A DNA stretch of 64,000 nucleotides from Candidatus Multivoradales bacterium (GCA_965248055.1 CBDFIJ010000004.1:1756299-1820298); one strand, 5' to 3'. Numbered from the stretch's first letter, positions 9,121-18,893 are shown. Numbers and translations: made by a program. Notes: generated from the letters alone by a model not told the origin.

Positions 9121-9990
9121 CTAACTCGGATGCCACCCTTGCCAGATTTCTAGATAAACAACAATGCTACTTTGCGCTATATCTTCTTCAAATCGCCATT
9201 CGCGTTGATAAAGCATCCCGACATCAAAGTATCCTGCTACAAACTTGCTACGATAAAACTTTAATCCCAAGCCCAAGACGGCCCGATTGTTCCAAGAGAA
9301 TCCCTCTGAGTCGACACTACTGTAGACCTTTCCGACGGCTCGAAATGAGCCGGCTTCGGTTACCTTCAAGGTAATTGCCTGCTGGACATCCAATCCCACC
9401 GTAGCGTTACCTGGTTCTGTTGGATATTGATTGCCTCCACCAATCCAGAAACTTCCTGAGGTCCGCCCTGGAATGTCAGCCTCATCTCTTGCTTCAGCAC
9501 CCCAACGCTTCCAGGCTTCAAAGAAAAAAAGAAGTTGGTCTTCCTGTATTCCGTTTTGGAATCGGTGCTCGGACACATATCCAACTCCAGTCTCCAAATA
9601 ATGGTTGGCGCGAGATCTCCGTAATTCGAAACCAGTTTTGAGAATAGCTCGATTGTTCCAATCAAAATTCTGTCGGTCCCCACTAACACTCAGTGACGCA
9701 AACGGCTCGAAGCACAGCTTGCCGAGACTCCACCGTGGCCATCTCTTCTTAATCAACGCACTGCCGATGACATTGTTTTCCTCGGTTGGAAAAGGGTTGC
9801 CCACTCGACTCCATAGCGTTAGCGCATATCCTTCACCGCATGCATTTTTTTCTGTCGCAGCAAATACATTTACAGGAAAGAATAGGCACACAGAAATTAC
9901 TATGACTAGAACCAAACCGAACGACCAGGGAACAGCAGTTCTTCTCGGTCTGTGCTCTTCGTGAAAGAGAGTATTGAGAGCTTTCTTCAT
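9121..9990 (-). CDS. Low-GC secreted protein, probably a beta-rich outer-membrane protein; function unknown
   Basis: N-terminal hydrophobic segment followed by alternating amphipathic beta-strand-like runs. It has no canonical C-terminal Phe. Confidence 0.45.
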   Translation of the reverse strand: MKKALNTLFHEEHRPRRTAVPWSFGLVLVIVISVCLFFPVNVFAATEKNACGEGYALTLWSRVGNPFPTEENNVIGSALIKKRWPRWSLGKLCFEPFASLSVSGDRQNFDWNNRAILKTGFELRRSRANHYLETGVGYVSEHRFQNGIQEDQLLFFFEAWKRWGAEARDEADIPGRTSGSFWIGGGNQYPTEPGNATVGLDVQQAITLKVTEAGSFRAVGKVYSSVDSEGFSWNNRAVLGLGLKFYRSKFVAGYFDVGMLYQREWRFEEDIAQSSIVVYLEIWQGWHPS

Positions 9991-10034
9991 AGCAAATCAC
10001 CGCCAATGCCGCTGCTCCTGGAGCTCGATGCAAA

Positions 10035-10064
10035 CTATTCAATATCTTAATGACTATTGAATAG
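10035..10064. promoter_or_regulatory. Perfect 10-bp inverted repeat CTATTCAATA, 10-nt spacer, TATTGAATAG, in the divergent intergenic region
   Basis: Read directly from the sequence. It is AT-rich in a GC-rich background and lies between divergently oriented genes. Confidence 0.35.
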
Positions 10065-10143
10065 TAGCACAAAGGGACCTCCTGAAGCGGGCCATCGAAA
10101 CCCATAAGGACGATGTATCCTTGAGAACTTCGCGCTTAGCAGG

Positions 10144-11031
10144 ATGTACATGAAGCGATCTCAGGCCCACTCGCTCCTCTTGCTCGCCGCCGCGATCTGG
10201 GGCTTCTCGTTTGTCGGTCAAGAACGGGCGATGGAGCACCTCAGCCCCTTGGCGTTCAACGCCGTACGTTTTGCAATTGGCGGTTTGGTACTGCTGCACT
10301 GGGCAGGGAAGATCGCGCTGCGACGTGACCTGCTATCGACGCTCAGAGCGGGGTCGGTGCTGGGGGTGATTCTGTTTGCCGGCTCATGGCTGCAACAGGC
10401 CGGCATCCAAGACGTGGATACCGGCGCCGGCGATGCTGGATTTATCACCGGCCTCTATGTGGTTTTGGTACCTATCTTGGGGCTGGCGTTCGGGCGCAAG
10501 ACCACTCGTTGGATTTGGGTAGGGGTGGTGTTCGCCTTCGTCGGGCTGTATTTCTTGAGTGTCCGCGACGGCTTGACCATGAGCCGCGGCGATCTGCTGG
10601 TGCTGCTGGGAGCCTTCTGTTGGACCTTTCACATTTTGCTGATCGACAAATACACCCGGCATCATCAACCGTTGCATCTAGCTGCTGTGCAGTTTCTGGT
10701 TTGCTCGGCTTTGAACGGAGTCTTCATGGTTGCGCTTGGGGAGTCGATCGCTTGGCAAGCTGCCACAGCGGCTTGGTTGCCGATCCTTTACTGCGGTTTA
10801 TTTGCCACGGCGATTGGGTTCACCCTGCAAATTGTTGCTCAAGAGCACGCCCATCCGTCGACCGCCGGAATCTTGCTCTCCGGCGAAATGATCTTCGCCG
10901 CAATCGGCGGCTGGCTACTCCTTGGCGAGAGGATGGACGCACGTGCAGCGCTCGGGGCGGCGTTGATGATGATCGGAATCTTGCTAGCCCAGCTGCCGTG
11001 GCGATCTACCGTTTCGGTCTCGGATAGTTAA
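10144..11031 (+). CDS. EamA/DMT-family transporter with 10 transmembrane helices
   Basis: Two repeated EamA-like halves, hydrophobic throughout. Confidence 0.75.
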   Translation: MYMKRSQAHSLLLLAAAIWGFSFVGQERAMEHLSPLAFNAVRFAIGGLVLLHWAGKIALRRDLLSTLRAGSVLGVILFAGSWLQQAGIQDVDTGAGDAGFITGLYVVLVPILGLAFGRKTTRWIWVGVVFAFVGLYFLSVRDGLTMSRGDLLVLLGAFCWTFHILLIDKYTRHHQPLHLAAVQFLVCSALNGVFMVALGESIAWQAATAAWLPILYCGLFATAIGFTLQIVAQEHAHPSTAGILLSGEMIFAAIGGWLLLGERMDARAALGAALMMIGILLAQLPWRSTVSVSDS

Positions 11032-11128
11032 CCTATCTTTCTGGGAACCAGCCGGACGCGGTCTCAGACCTGTACTGAGGGGTACAATCCGCCAGCAGTC
11101 GGACCACCAAAAACCGGGACGCTAAACC

Positions 11129-12145
11129 ATGAGACTCGCACCTCTTTGCACCGTTATCGTTCTTGCCCTCGCCGCTTGCGGCGATGGTCGAACCCCTTTG
11201 TTGGTCTATTCGCCGCACGGCAAGGAGATTCTGCTTCCGGTGGAGCAGCGATTTGAACAACTGCACCCCGATATCGACCTGCGTTGGTTGGATATGGGAT
11301 CGCAAGAAGTTCTGGATCGCATCCGCTCGGAGCGCGCCAACCCACAAGCTGATGTTTGGTACGGCGGACCACACACAATCTTCGAGCAGGGGATCGAGAT
11401 CGATTTATTGGCGCCTTATCGACCAGCATGGGCAGATCAGTTGCCCGCAGGAACGGCACAGGCCGATGATCTCTATTTCGCCATCTACCGTGCGACACCG
11501 GTCCTGGTCTACAACCAAGACCTAGTGACCGAGGAAGAGGCCCCGGCAACCTGGGATGACCTGCTCGACCCCAAGTGGAATCAGAAAGTGGTTCTGCGCG
11601 AGCCCCCAGCGAGTGGCACCATGCGCACATTGTTCGGCATGGTGCTTTCTGACTCGGTGCGCAATACCGGTGACGAAAAACAGGGCTTTGAGTGGCTGCT
11701 CGCTTTGGACCGTCAAACCAAGGAGTACGTGCCCAACCCAACCCTGCTGTTTGAGAAATTGGCGCGCGGTGAAGGACTCGTGTCGATGTGGGAGATCACC
11801 GATATCTTGGCGTTAGCCAAGAAAGGCTCGCCGCTCGCCTACAAGCTTTCCGCCAGCGGTACTCCGTTCATCTTGGATGCGGTCGGCATCGTCAATGGCG
11901 CCCCCCACCCCGAGGCGGCAAAGCGTTTTCTGGATTGGGTGGGTACCGACGAAGCTCTGTTGCTGGTGCTGGATAATGGCTACCGTTTGCCTGCCCGCAG
12001 CGACCTCGACAGCGACGACCTGCCGGACTGGGCGCGAGAAGCGTTGACCGCGGCAACCCCTGCCGAGATCGATTGGGATCTGGTCACCGAGCGCGGTAAC
12101 CAGTGGATGGTGCACTGGGATCGTGAGATCCGTGGTCGCGGATAG
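11129..12145 (+). CDS. ABC transporter periplasmic substrate-binding protein, Fe(III)/FbpA-like
   Basis: Lipoprotein-type signal (LALAACG). It has a family-1 solute-binding fold and is followed by the ATPase and the fused permease. Confidence 0.65.
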   Translation: MRLAPLCTVIVLALAACGDGRTPLLVYSPHGKEILLPVEQRFEQLHPDIDLRWLDMGSQEVLDRIRSERANPQADVWYGGPHTIFEQGIEIDLLAPYRPAWADQLPAGTAQADDLYFAIYRATPVLVYNQDLVTEEEAPATWDDLLDPKWNQKVVLREPPASGTMRTLFGMVLSDSVRNTGDEKQGFEWLLALDRQTKEYVPNPTLLFEKLARGEGLVSMWEITDILALAKKGSPLAYKLSASGTPFILDAVGIVNGAPHPEAAKRFLDWVGTDEALLLVLDNGYRLPARSDLDSDDLPDWAREALTAATPAEIDWDLVTERGNQWMVHWDREIRGRG

Positions 12146-12161
12146 TTCGTAAGGATCCAGC

Positions 12162-13220
12162 GTGGCCTATCTATCGATACAAAACGTATCCAAGCACTTC
12201 GACCAACCGGTCTTGCAAGATGTTTCTCTGGAGATCGAAAAAGGGGAAGTCGTTGCTCTCTTAGGACCCAGCGGCAGCGGTAAGACCACGTTATTGAGAA
12301 TTGTCGCTGGCTTTGAGACCCCGGACCAGGGCTCGATCATCGTCGATAACCAGGACATCACCGCCCAGACTCCAGCCAGTCGTCGCTGTGGCATGGTGTT
12401 TCAGCACTACGCGCTGTTCCCGCATCTAAGCGTCGGCGAGAACGTCGCTTTTGGTTTGGCCGGCAGATCCCGCTCAGAAGTCGACACCCGGGTCGAAGAG
12501 ATGCTTCAGGTGGTCGGACTGGATGGCCTTGCGGCGCGTGGGGTCGACCAGATCTCGGGAGGTCAACAGCAGAGAGTGGCGCTAGCTCGTGCCTTGGCGC
12601 CCTCGCCGCGAGTGCTACTACTGGATGAGCCGCTCTCCAACTTGGACCCTGAGCTGCGCGAACGAACCCGTAGACAACTGCGCGAGATCGTACGCGCCAC
12701 CGGAATCACCACCCTGATCGTGACCCACGAACAGGAGGAGGCATTCCATATTGCCGATCGCACAGCGGTGCTCGGCACCGGTCGATTGCGGCAGATCGGT
12801 CGCGCCGAAGAGCTTTACTACCAGCCTGCTGACCGCTTTGTCGCCCGATTCGTTGGCCGTGGATCGGAAGTGCCTGCTACGCCGGACAAAAACTCACCGA
12901 GTGGTTGGGCTCTGGGCTGGCAGCCATCGGTGATGCCGACCACGGTGCGCATCCTCGATGCACAGACACCAAACCGAGCCTGGATTCGACCTGAGTCTTT
13001 GGCGATAGGTCCGATAGGCGCAAAGGGCTGGGGAGGCATGGTGGTTGAGATCCGTTGGCACCCCAGGTCTACGGTAGTCACCGTCGAGTTGAGCACGGGC
13101 GCTGAAATAGAAGCGGCCGCTGAATCTCGCTTGGCCGAAAGCTTGTCGCTGGGCGACAAAGTCAGCGTCAATTGGCGGGCACAAGGCCCCGAGGCGCTGC
13201 TGTTCGAGGTCGATTCTTGA
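12162..13220 (+). CDS. ABC transporter ATP-binding protein with a C-terminal TOBE domain (FbpC/PotA-like)
   Basis: Walker A 'GPSGSGKTT', signature 'LSGGQQQRVALARAL' and Walker B 'LLLDEP', plus a regulatory C-terminal domain of about 120 aa. Confidence 0.9.
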   Translation: MAYLSIQNVSKHFDQPVLQDVSLEIEKGEVVALLGPSGSGKTTLLRIVAGFETPDQGSIIVDNQDITAQTPASRRCGMVFQHYALFPHLSVGENVAFGLAGRSRSEVDTRVEEMLQVVGLDGLAARGVDQISGGQQQRVALARALAPSPRVLLLDEPLSNLDPELRERTRRQLREIVRATGITTLIVTHEQEEAFHIADRTAVLGTGRLRQIGRAEELYYQPADRFVARFVGRGSEVPATPDKNSPSGWALGWQPSVMPTTVRILDAQTPNRAWIRPESLAIGPIGAKGWGGMVVEIRWHPRSTVVTVELSTGAEIEAAAESRLAESLSLGDKVSVNWRAQGPEALLFEVDS

Positions 13221-14890
13221 TCGCACCCCTGCGTCGTGTCCCATGGCCAGGGCTGTTGTTGGCCGGATTCCTGTTGTGGCTGGTCGGTTATCCAATCCTG
13301 GTCACGCTAGGAGAGGCGCTCGGTTGGGGTGGCGGTAGTTCGGGAAGGTTTAGCGAATTCCTGCATCGACCCGACGAGCGTTTGGCGCTTTGGCGAAGTC
13401 TTTGGATTGCTGGAGCCAGCGTCGGGCTGTCAGCGGTGGTTGGTATCCCGTTGGCATTTCTCTTCACCCGGGCGTCCTTTCCCGGACGCACCTGGTTGGC
13501 GGGATTGGTGCCTTTGCCGATCGCTCTGCCTCCACTGGTGGGCACGGTGGCGCTGTACTTCTTGTGCGGAGAGAGCGGAATCGTCGCCAACTGGATTCGA
13601 TCCCTAGCGGGAATGACCCACGCACCATGGACATTTGAGGGCCCGAGGGCCATTTTGTTGGTCCATACGTATTCCATGTTCGTGTACTTCTATCTCTTTG
13701 TCCGCTCAGCGTTGTTGGGCATGGATCCGTCTCAAGAAGAAGCCGCTGCAAGCCTAGGCGCCGGTCGGGTGCGGACTTGGCTGCGGGTGGTGTTGCCACA
13801 ACTGGCGGCTCCGATCGGGGCCGCAGCCTTGTTGACCTTTATGACTTCCCTGGCGTCCTTTTCCGCCCCCTACCTTTTTGGCGGCACCTTTCGCGTCATG
13901 ACCACACAGATCGTCACCTCGAAGCTCAACGGGGATCTGCAGATGGCACAGGTGGAAACCGCAGTCTTGGCGATGCTGGCGCTGGCTGGCTTGATTTTGT
14001 CGTTGCGGTGGACCGCGCGATCGGTGTCCTCGGGGCACGGCGTAGCCCCTCGACGGGTGAGGACTTCCAGCGGATGGAAACGTTGGGGGTTGGCATTCGT
14101 AGGTTGGGGAGTGACTTTGCTGCTGCTTACCCCTCACTTGACCCTGTTGCGCATCGCCCTATCCGGCAATGGCCCTTCGTTGCAGCCCGGTTGGTCGCTG
14201 CAGAACCTGGTTCGCTTGGCCAGCGGTGGCGAGATCTTGCGACCGATGAGCAACTCGCTGTGGATGGCAACGGTGGCGACGATCTTCGCAGTGTTGATTG
14301 GGTTCACTACCGCACGGGTCGCCCTCGCACACAACCAGAAACGCCCACACCAATCGACGATCTTGGGCAAGGCTCTGGAGTTTCTAATTTCGGTACCTTG
14401 GGCAATCCCCGGCACGGTGCTGGCCCTGGCGTTGATTACCACTTTCAGCGTCGATCGGCCGTTGGCAGGGCGAGCGGTGTTGGTGGGAACCGCCGTAATT
14501 CTGCCTTTGGCCTACCTGCTGCGCGGGCTACCTTTGGTTGGGCAAGCGGTCTTCGCCGGCCTCAAGCAGATGGACCCAGCACTTGAAGAAGCGGCAGCGA
14601 GTCTCGGTGCTGGTCGCTTTCGGCGTCTATGGGCGGTGGTGGTGCCGATCGTTCGCCCCTCTCTGTTGGCCGGTGCAGCGTTGGCTTTCTTAACTGCGCT
14701 GGGAGATTTCGTCACTTCGATCGTGCTCTACACCTATTCCACCCGTCCCACTGCGGTCGAGATCTGGTCAGCGTTGCGCACCAAAGATGTCGGCTTGGCA
14801 GCTGCTTACGGTGTCGTGCTGATGGTCATCTCGATAGTAGTCTTCATGTTCTGGGGACGTGAGCGGCACAGCGTTCGGGAGACCGCCTGA
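13172..14890 (+). CDS. ABC transporter permease, a fused double transmembrane domain (FbpB-like). The true start is probably TTG at 13217.
   Basis: Two EAA-loop repeats ('EEAAASLGAGRVRTWLRVVLP' and 'EEAAASLGAGRFRRLWAVVVP'). The ORF-track start overlaps the ATPase. Confidence 0.8.
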   Translation: MAGTRPRGAAVRGRFLIAPLRRVPWPGLLLAGFLLWLVGYPILVTLGEALGWGGGSSGRFSEFLHRPDERLALWRSLWIAGASVGLSAVVGIPLAFLFTRASFPGRTWLAGLVPLPIALPPLVGTVALYFLCGESGIVANWIRSLAGMTHAPWTFEGPRAILLVHTYSMFVYFYLFVRSALLGMDPSQEEAAASLGAGRVRTWLRVVLPQLAAPIGAAALLTFMTSLASFSAPYLFGGTFRVMTTQIVTSKLNGDLQMAQVETAVLAMLALAGLILSLRWTARSVSSGHGVAPRRVRTSSGWKRWGLAFVGWGVTLLLLTPHLTLLRIALSGNGPSLQPGWSLQNLVRLASGGEILRPMSNSLWMATVATIFAVLIGFTTARVALAHNQKRPHQSTILGKALEFLISVPWAIPGTVLALALITTFSVDRPLAGRAVLVGTAVILPLAYLLRGLPLVGQAVFAGLKQMDPALEEAAASLGAGRFRRLWAVVVPIVRPSLLAGAALAFLTALGDFVTSIVLYTYSTRPTAVEIWSALRTKDVGLAAAYGVVLMVISIVVFMFWGRERHSVRETA

Positions 14891-16092
14891 TGACGCGCGC
14901 CGAACGCCGCAGCCTAGCGGCGCTGATGCCGATCAGCTTTGTCGACATGATCGGATTCTCGATGTTGCTGCCGTTGATCCCGTTCTATGCCGAAGAATTC
15001 GGCGCTAGCTATTGGTTGATCGGTGTCTTGGTCGCCACCTACGCCTTGGCTGAACTCCTCACTGCTCCGTTCTGGGGTCGGGCCTCCGATCGCTTGGGGC
15101 GACGAAGACTCATCTTGATCGGAATTTCGGTCTCGGCCGCATCCTACGTGCTGTTCGGTTTGGCCAGCTCGGTGGTGGTGTTGTTTGTTTCGCGATTTGT
15201 TCAAGGAGTCGGGGGAGGAAAGGTCTCAGCGGTTCAAGCTTATGTCGCCGATTCGGTGCGCCCCGAGGTGCGAGCCCAAGCACTCGGCTGGCACACTGCT
15301 GCCACCAGCGCGGGAGTGATCATCGGTCCGGCTGTGGGGTCGTGGATGGCGAGTTACGATCGCTCGGCACCGGGCTTATTTGCAGCCGCACTGTGTCTAA
15401 CGAATCTGTGGGCAGCCTGGAAGTGGCTACCGGAATCCAAACAAACGCGGTCGTCCAAGAAAAATGCGGTCTTGCCAGCCTGTATGCGGGTGCTGACTCA
15501 TCCTCTGCACCCAGTGTGTACTCCGATCATCGTCTACGCGCTCGGGATGATGGCATTCATGGCCATGAACACCATGTTCGCTCTCTACTTGGGGCAACGG
15601 TTCGGAGTCACCAAAATCACCATTTGGCCCTTCTACACCTACGTAGCCTCGATCACCATGCTCTGCCGGCTGTTCGTTATCGGGCCGATCGTTCGACGCT
15701 TTGGTGAAATTCGCACCCTTCGGCTCGGAGCGGGGTTCTTGGCCCTCGGGTACCTGTTGATTCCATTATCTTTTGACGTTTGGTCTTTTGCTCTTGCCAT
15801 CTTGTGGATCCCCGTCGGCACCGCTCTGTTGTTTCCCACCACCACCGCCTTGGTCAGTCGGCGGGTTGAGGAGCATGAGTTGGGAGCTACTCTGGGGGTG
15901 CAGCAAGCCTATGGCGGGGTCGCACGCTTGATTGGCCCGCTATGGTCTGGCCTGGCCTTTCAACAGCTTGGTGTGGATGCCCCGATGTGGATCGCCGGCG
16001 CGGTCATGTTGGTTGCTTTCGCTGTCTCTTTCACCATTCACCGGGGCGAGGGTCAGAACTCGATCCTCAACCCGATCCCTACCAGTAATTGA
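14890..16092 (+). CDS. MFS transporter
   Basis: 12 transmembrane helices, with the 'GRASDRLGRRRLIL' MFS loop motif. Its ATGA overlaps the permease stop. Confidence 0.8.
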   Translation: MTRAERRSLAALMPISFVDMIGFSMLLPLIPFYAEEFGASYWLIGVLVATYALAELLTAPFWGRASDRLGRRRLILIGISVSAASYVLFGLASSVVVLFVSRFVQGVGGGKVSAVQAYVADSVRPEVRAQALGWHTAATSAGVIIGPAVGSWMASYDRSAPGLFAAALCLTNLWAAWKWLPESKQTRSSKKNAVLPACMRVLTHPLHPVCTPIIVYALGMMAFMAMNTMFALYLGQRFGVTKITIWPFYTYVASITMLCRLFVIGPIVRRFGEIRTLRLGAGFLALGYLLIPLSFDVWSFALAILWIPVGTALLFPTTTALVSRRVEEHELGATLGVQQAYGGVARLIGPLWSGLAFQQLGVDAPMWIAGAVMLVAFAVSFTIHRGEGQNSILNPIPTSN

Positions 16093-16169
16093 TCTAACAC
16101 TGCGATTTTGCCTCTCCAGAAGAGGTTTGCCTTGTGCTATATAAGTATTTATATATAATAACTGACACT

Positions 16170-16742
16170 ATGGCGCTCGAACACATCCTGCTCGGCCTAC
16201 TCCGCCAGCCTGCCAGTGGCTATGATCTGAAGAAAACCTTCGACGGCAGCGTTCGCCACTTCTGGCCAGCGAACCTGAGCCAGATCTACCCAACCTTGAA
16301 ACGCCTTGAGGCCGAGGGGTTGCTAACCAGCCGCATGGGGCCCTCAGAACGAGGCCCACAACGCAAGATCTACGCACTAACTCCGTCTGGACGAGAAAGG
16401 CTGCATCAGTGGCTGCTGTCCGGGCCGGAGGTGGGTACCGAAAGGTTTGGTTATCTAGCCCAGTTGTTCGTCATGGACGACCTCGCCGACGAGCAACAAA
16501 CGCTCGACTTCATGCGGCAACTGCAACGCCACATGGTGCAGTGGTTACAGCACTTAGAGCAGCAAGAAAAAAAGGCTGGCGCCAAAGGAACCTGGCTCAA
16601 TGCACCCAGCAAGTCGTTCCACCGATATGCCGGGCTGCGCATGGGAGTTCACTCTTTGCGCGCCAAGGTTGCGTGGTGCAACGAAACCGTCGACCGCCTA
16701 GAGCAACGCCTAGCTCTGATCGCCGAGGAGGCAACAAAATGA
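16170..16742 (+). CDS. PadR-family transcriptional regulator
   Basis: 'MALEHILLGLLRQPASGYDLKK...LTSRMG' is a winged helix-turn-helix of PadR type. The start was chosen at MALEH. The upstream AT-rich tract is probably a promoter or operator. Confidence 0.8.
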   Translation: MALEHILLGLLRQPASGYDLKKTFDGSVRHFWPANLSQIYPTLKRLEAEGLLTSRMGPSERGPQRKIYALTPSGRERLHQWLLSGPEVGTERFGYLAQLFVMDDLADEQQTLDFMRQLQRHMVQWLQHLEQQEKKAGAKGTWLNAPSKSFHRYAGLRMGVHSLRAKVAWCNETVDRLEQRLALIAEEATK

Positions 16743-17491
16743 TGGATATCCTTCATACTGCAATTCGCTTCATCCATATCGGACTTGGATTCGTCGGGTT
16801 GGTGGTCTTCTGGTTTCCGGTGATCGCCAAAAAGGGCGGCAAGTTTCACGTGTCGGCTGGCAAAGTATTCGTGGTCTGCGCCTACGGAGTCACTGTTTCG
16901 GCGTTCTTTTCCAGCATCTACTACTTAGCCGATCTGATCTCTCACGGGGTCGCGGTCAGCGACGACCCCAACTACTCCTTTCTGGTCTTTCTCGCCTACT
17001 TGTCGATCGTCACCTTCACTTCGGTGCGCCACGGGGTTGTGGTCTCCCAGACCAAAAAAGACCGGAGTAAGGCAAATACCGTGTTTCACCGTACTCTTGC
17101 TTGGCTATCGTTTCTAGGGAGCGCCACCGTGATTCTGTTCGCCGTCGTTTTCTGGAACTCTTTGTCAATTATTCTTCTGGCTTTGAGCCCCATCGGGCTC
17201 GGCAATGGTCGGGGCATTTTGCGCTATCTCAGTACTCGCCCGATGATCAGGAGAGCTTGGTTCTATGAACACATGAGCGCGATGATCGGATCAGGGATCG
17301 CTTTCCACACGGCGTTTTTCGTCTTTGGTGGTCGTAATTTGTTCGGCGTCCACTCGACCGGAATTTGGGGCATGGTGCCCTGGGTGCTGCCGGCGGCAAT
17401 CGGTATCCCAGCGTCCATCCTGTGGGACCGCTACTACCGCAAGGAGTTCGGCGATCCAAAGCGGTCGGATCAAGTCCCCGCTATTACTTGA
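16739..17491 (+). CDS. Integral membrane protein, function unknown
   Basis: The ATG overlaps the PadR stop. It has about six hydrophobic helices. The longer ORF-track version (from 16409) runs back through padR and is an artefact. Confidence 0.55.
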   Translation: MMDILHTAIRFIHIGLGFVGLVVFWFPVIAKKGGKFHVSAGKVFVVCAYGVTVSAFFSSIYYLADLISHGVAVSDDPNYSFLVFLAYLSIVTFTSVRHGVVVSQTKKDRSKANTVFHRTLAWLSFLGSATVILFAVVFWNSLSIILLALSPIGLGNGRGILRYLSTRPMIRRAWFYEHMSAMIGSGIAFHTAFFVFGGRNLFGVHSTGIWGMVPWVLPAAIGIPASILWDRYYRKEFGDPKRSDQVPAIT

Positions 17492-17536
17492 GTAAGTAGC
17501 AGCTAGCAGGCGGTCAACTGATGGAGAGACAAGACG

Positions 17537-18373
17537 ATGAGAATTAGCAAGACCACAGCGGTCGTAACGGGAGCTTCTGCGGGGATTGGTCGTGCGGTGG
17601 CTCTTTGCCTCGCAAAGCGAGGGGCAAAGGTTGCACTTGTCGCTAGACGAGAGCCTGTCCTACAGGAACTTGTCGGGCAGATCGAGGAGCAAGGCGGCAA
17701 AGCCCTCGCTGTTGCGTGTGATGTTGCGGCTGCGGAGCAAGTCAAAGGCGCATACCAGGTAATTCGAGACACCTTTGGTCCACCGGACATCTTGGTCAAT
17801 GCTGCGGGGGTTGGGATCTGGAAGCCGTTCGCAGACGTTTCCGAAGCCGAGCATCAGGAAATGATGGCCGTCAACTATTGGGGTACATTCCATTGGATAC
17901 GCCAAGCCTTGCCGGATATGCGTTCCCAACAACGAGGGCGAATTGTGAATATCGCCGCTGGTTCAGGGCTCTTCGCATTGGCTGTCACCAGTGGCTACAG
18001 TGCCTCCAAGTTTGCTGTCGTCGGCTTGTCCCAGGCGCTCCACCGTGAGCTCATCGGCACCGGAGTCGGCGTCTCAGTGGTTTGCCCAGGATCGGTCAAA
18101 ACTCCATTCTGGAACGAGCGGGACACCCCAACGAAACTAATACCGCCCTTGGTCCGCTATTCGCCAAAATTGTCGCCTGCTTCTGTGGCTCGAACTGTTC
18201 TCGGATGCATTTGGCTTGGGTTTCCGGTCCGCACCGTGCCGATCTTCGTGAACCTTCTCGCCAAGCTCAACGGACTCTGGTTTCGTCTTGGTGATCTCTT
18301 CCTCTGGCGATGGTTCGTCCCTACTTTGTTAGCGCTGATCCTAATTCGGGTCCTCGCCGGATTGTGGAGTTAG
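17537..18373 (+). CDS. SDR-family oxidoreductase
   Basis: 'TGASAGIGRA' Rossmann motif, a catalytic 'YSASK' and 'NAAG'. Confidence 0.85.
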   Translation: MRISKTTAVVTGASAGIGRAVALCLAKRGAKVALVARREPVLQELVGQIEEQGGKALAVACDVAAAEQVKGAYQVIRDTFGPPDILVNAAGVGIWKPFADVSEAEHQEMMAVNYWGTFHWIRQALPDMRSQQRGRIVNIAAGSGLFALAVTSGYSASKFAVVGLSQALHRELIGTGVGVSVVCPGSVKTPFWNERDTPTKLIPPLVRYSPKLSPASVARTVLGCIWLGFPVRTVPIFVNLLAKLNGLWFRLGDLFLWRWFVPTLLALILIRVLAGLWS

Positions 18374-18379
18374 ATAGCC

Positions 18380-18856
18380 GTGGCATACAAAATTTGGCTG
18401 TTCACCCATATCGTAGGAGTCATCGCCTTTCTGGGAACTTTCCTGTTGGCGTTTGTCGCCAAGGCGACGGCCGAGCGCTCAGGCCAACCTGTACTTATCG
18501 CCTTCGCCTTCAAGATGATGAACTGGAGCGACCGTAGAATCATGCCATGGACCGTTGTTCTTATTGTGACAAGCGGTGTGAAACTGGCAATGATGGCTGG
18601 GCTACCGATGCTACGAACCGGCTGGATATTCTGGGCGATTGTGGCGTTCAGTGCGTCTGGATTGCTGTTTCTTTTGGTAGCACCTCTCCAGAATCGAATC
18701 GAGCACCATGCCCAGTCGCATTCAGCTGAATCGTTTAATTGGAGCAGCTATTGGTCACAAGCTTACCGATGGAATCTGTGGGCTGCGCTCGCACTTTGTG
18801 CAACTCTAGGGGCTCTTGCTTTGATGGTTTTCAAGCCAGCACTATCTAGCTTATAG
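18380..18856 (+). CDS. Small integral membrane protein with four transmembrane helices
   Basis: Hydrophobic profile only. Confidence 0.5.
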   Translation: MAYKIWLFTHIVGVIAFLGTFLLAFVAKATAERSGQPVLIAFAFKMMNWSDRRIMPWTVVLIVTSGVKLAMMAGLPMLRTGWIFWAIVAFSASGLLFLLVAPLQNRIEHHAQSHSAESFNWSSYWSQAYRWNLWAALALCATLGALALMVFKPALSSL

Positions 18857-18871
18857 TTGACAAATTCTCGT

Positions 18872-18893
18872 ATTAATCTGACGGCAGATTAAT
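18872..18893. promoter_or_regulatory. Inverted repeat ATTAATCTG, 4-nt spacer, CAGATTAAT, in the leader region upstream of acnA, next to TTGACA at 18858
   Basis: The two 9-bp arms are a perfect palindrome. It is an AT-rich island 200 bp upstream of the aconitase start. Confidence 0.4.

Noticed and set aside
11033-11128. Possible TPP riboswitch before the ABC binding protein (CTGAG and GGGG words)
   Set aside because: Only scattered short matches are present. There is no convincing P1 to P5 architecture. The ATPase with a TOBE domain and the double permease fit an Fe(III)-type importer, not ThiBPQ.
13288-14442. Antisense and alternative-frame ORFs inside the ABC permease gene (for example 13288..13677 minus and 13777..14586 plus)
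   Set aside because: They are frame artefacts within a gene that has clear twin EAA-loop motifs.
16409-17491. 360-aa ORF running through the padR coding sequence
   Set aside because: The first 110 codons overlap padR in another frame. An in-frame ATG at 16739, overlapping the padR stop, gives a sensible membrane protein.
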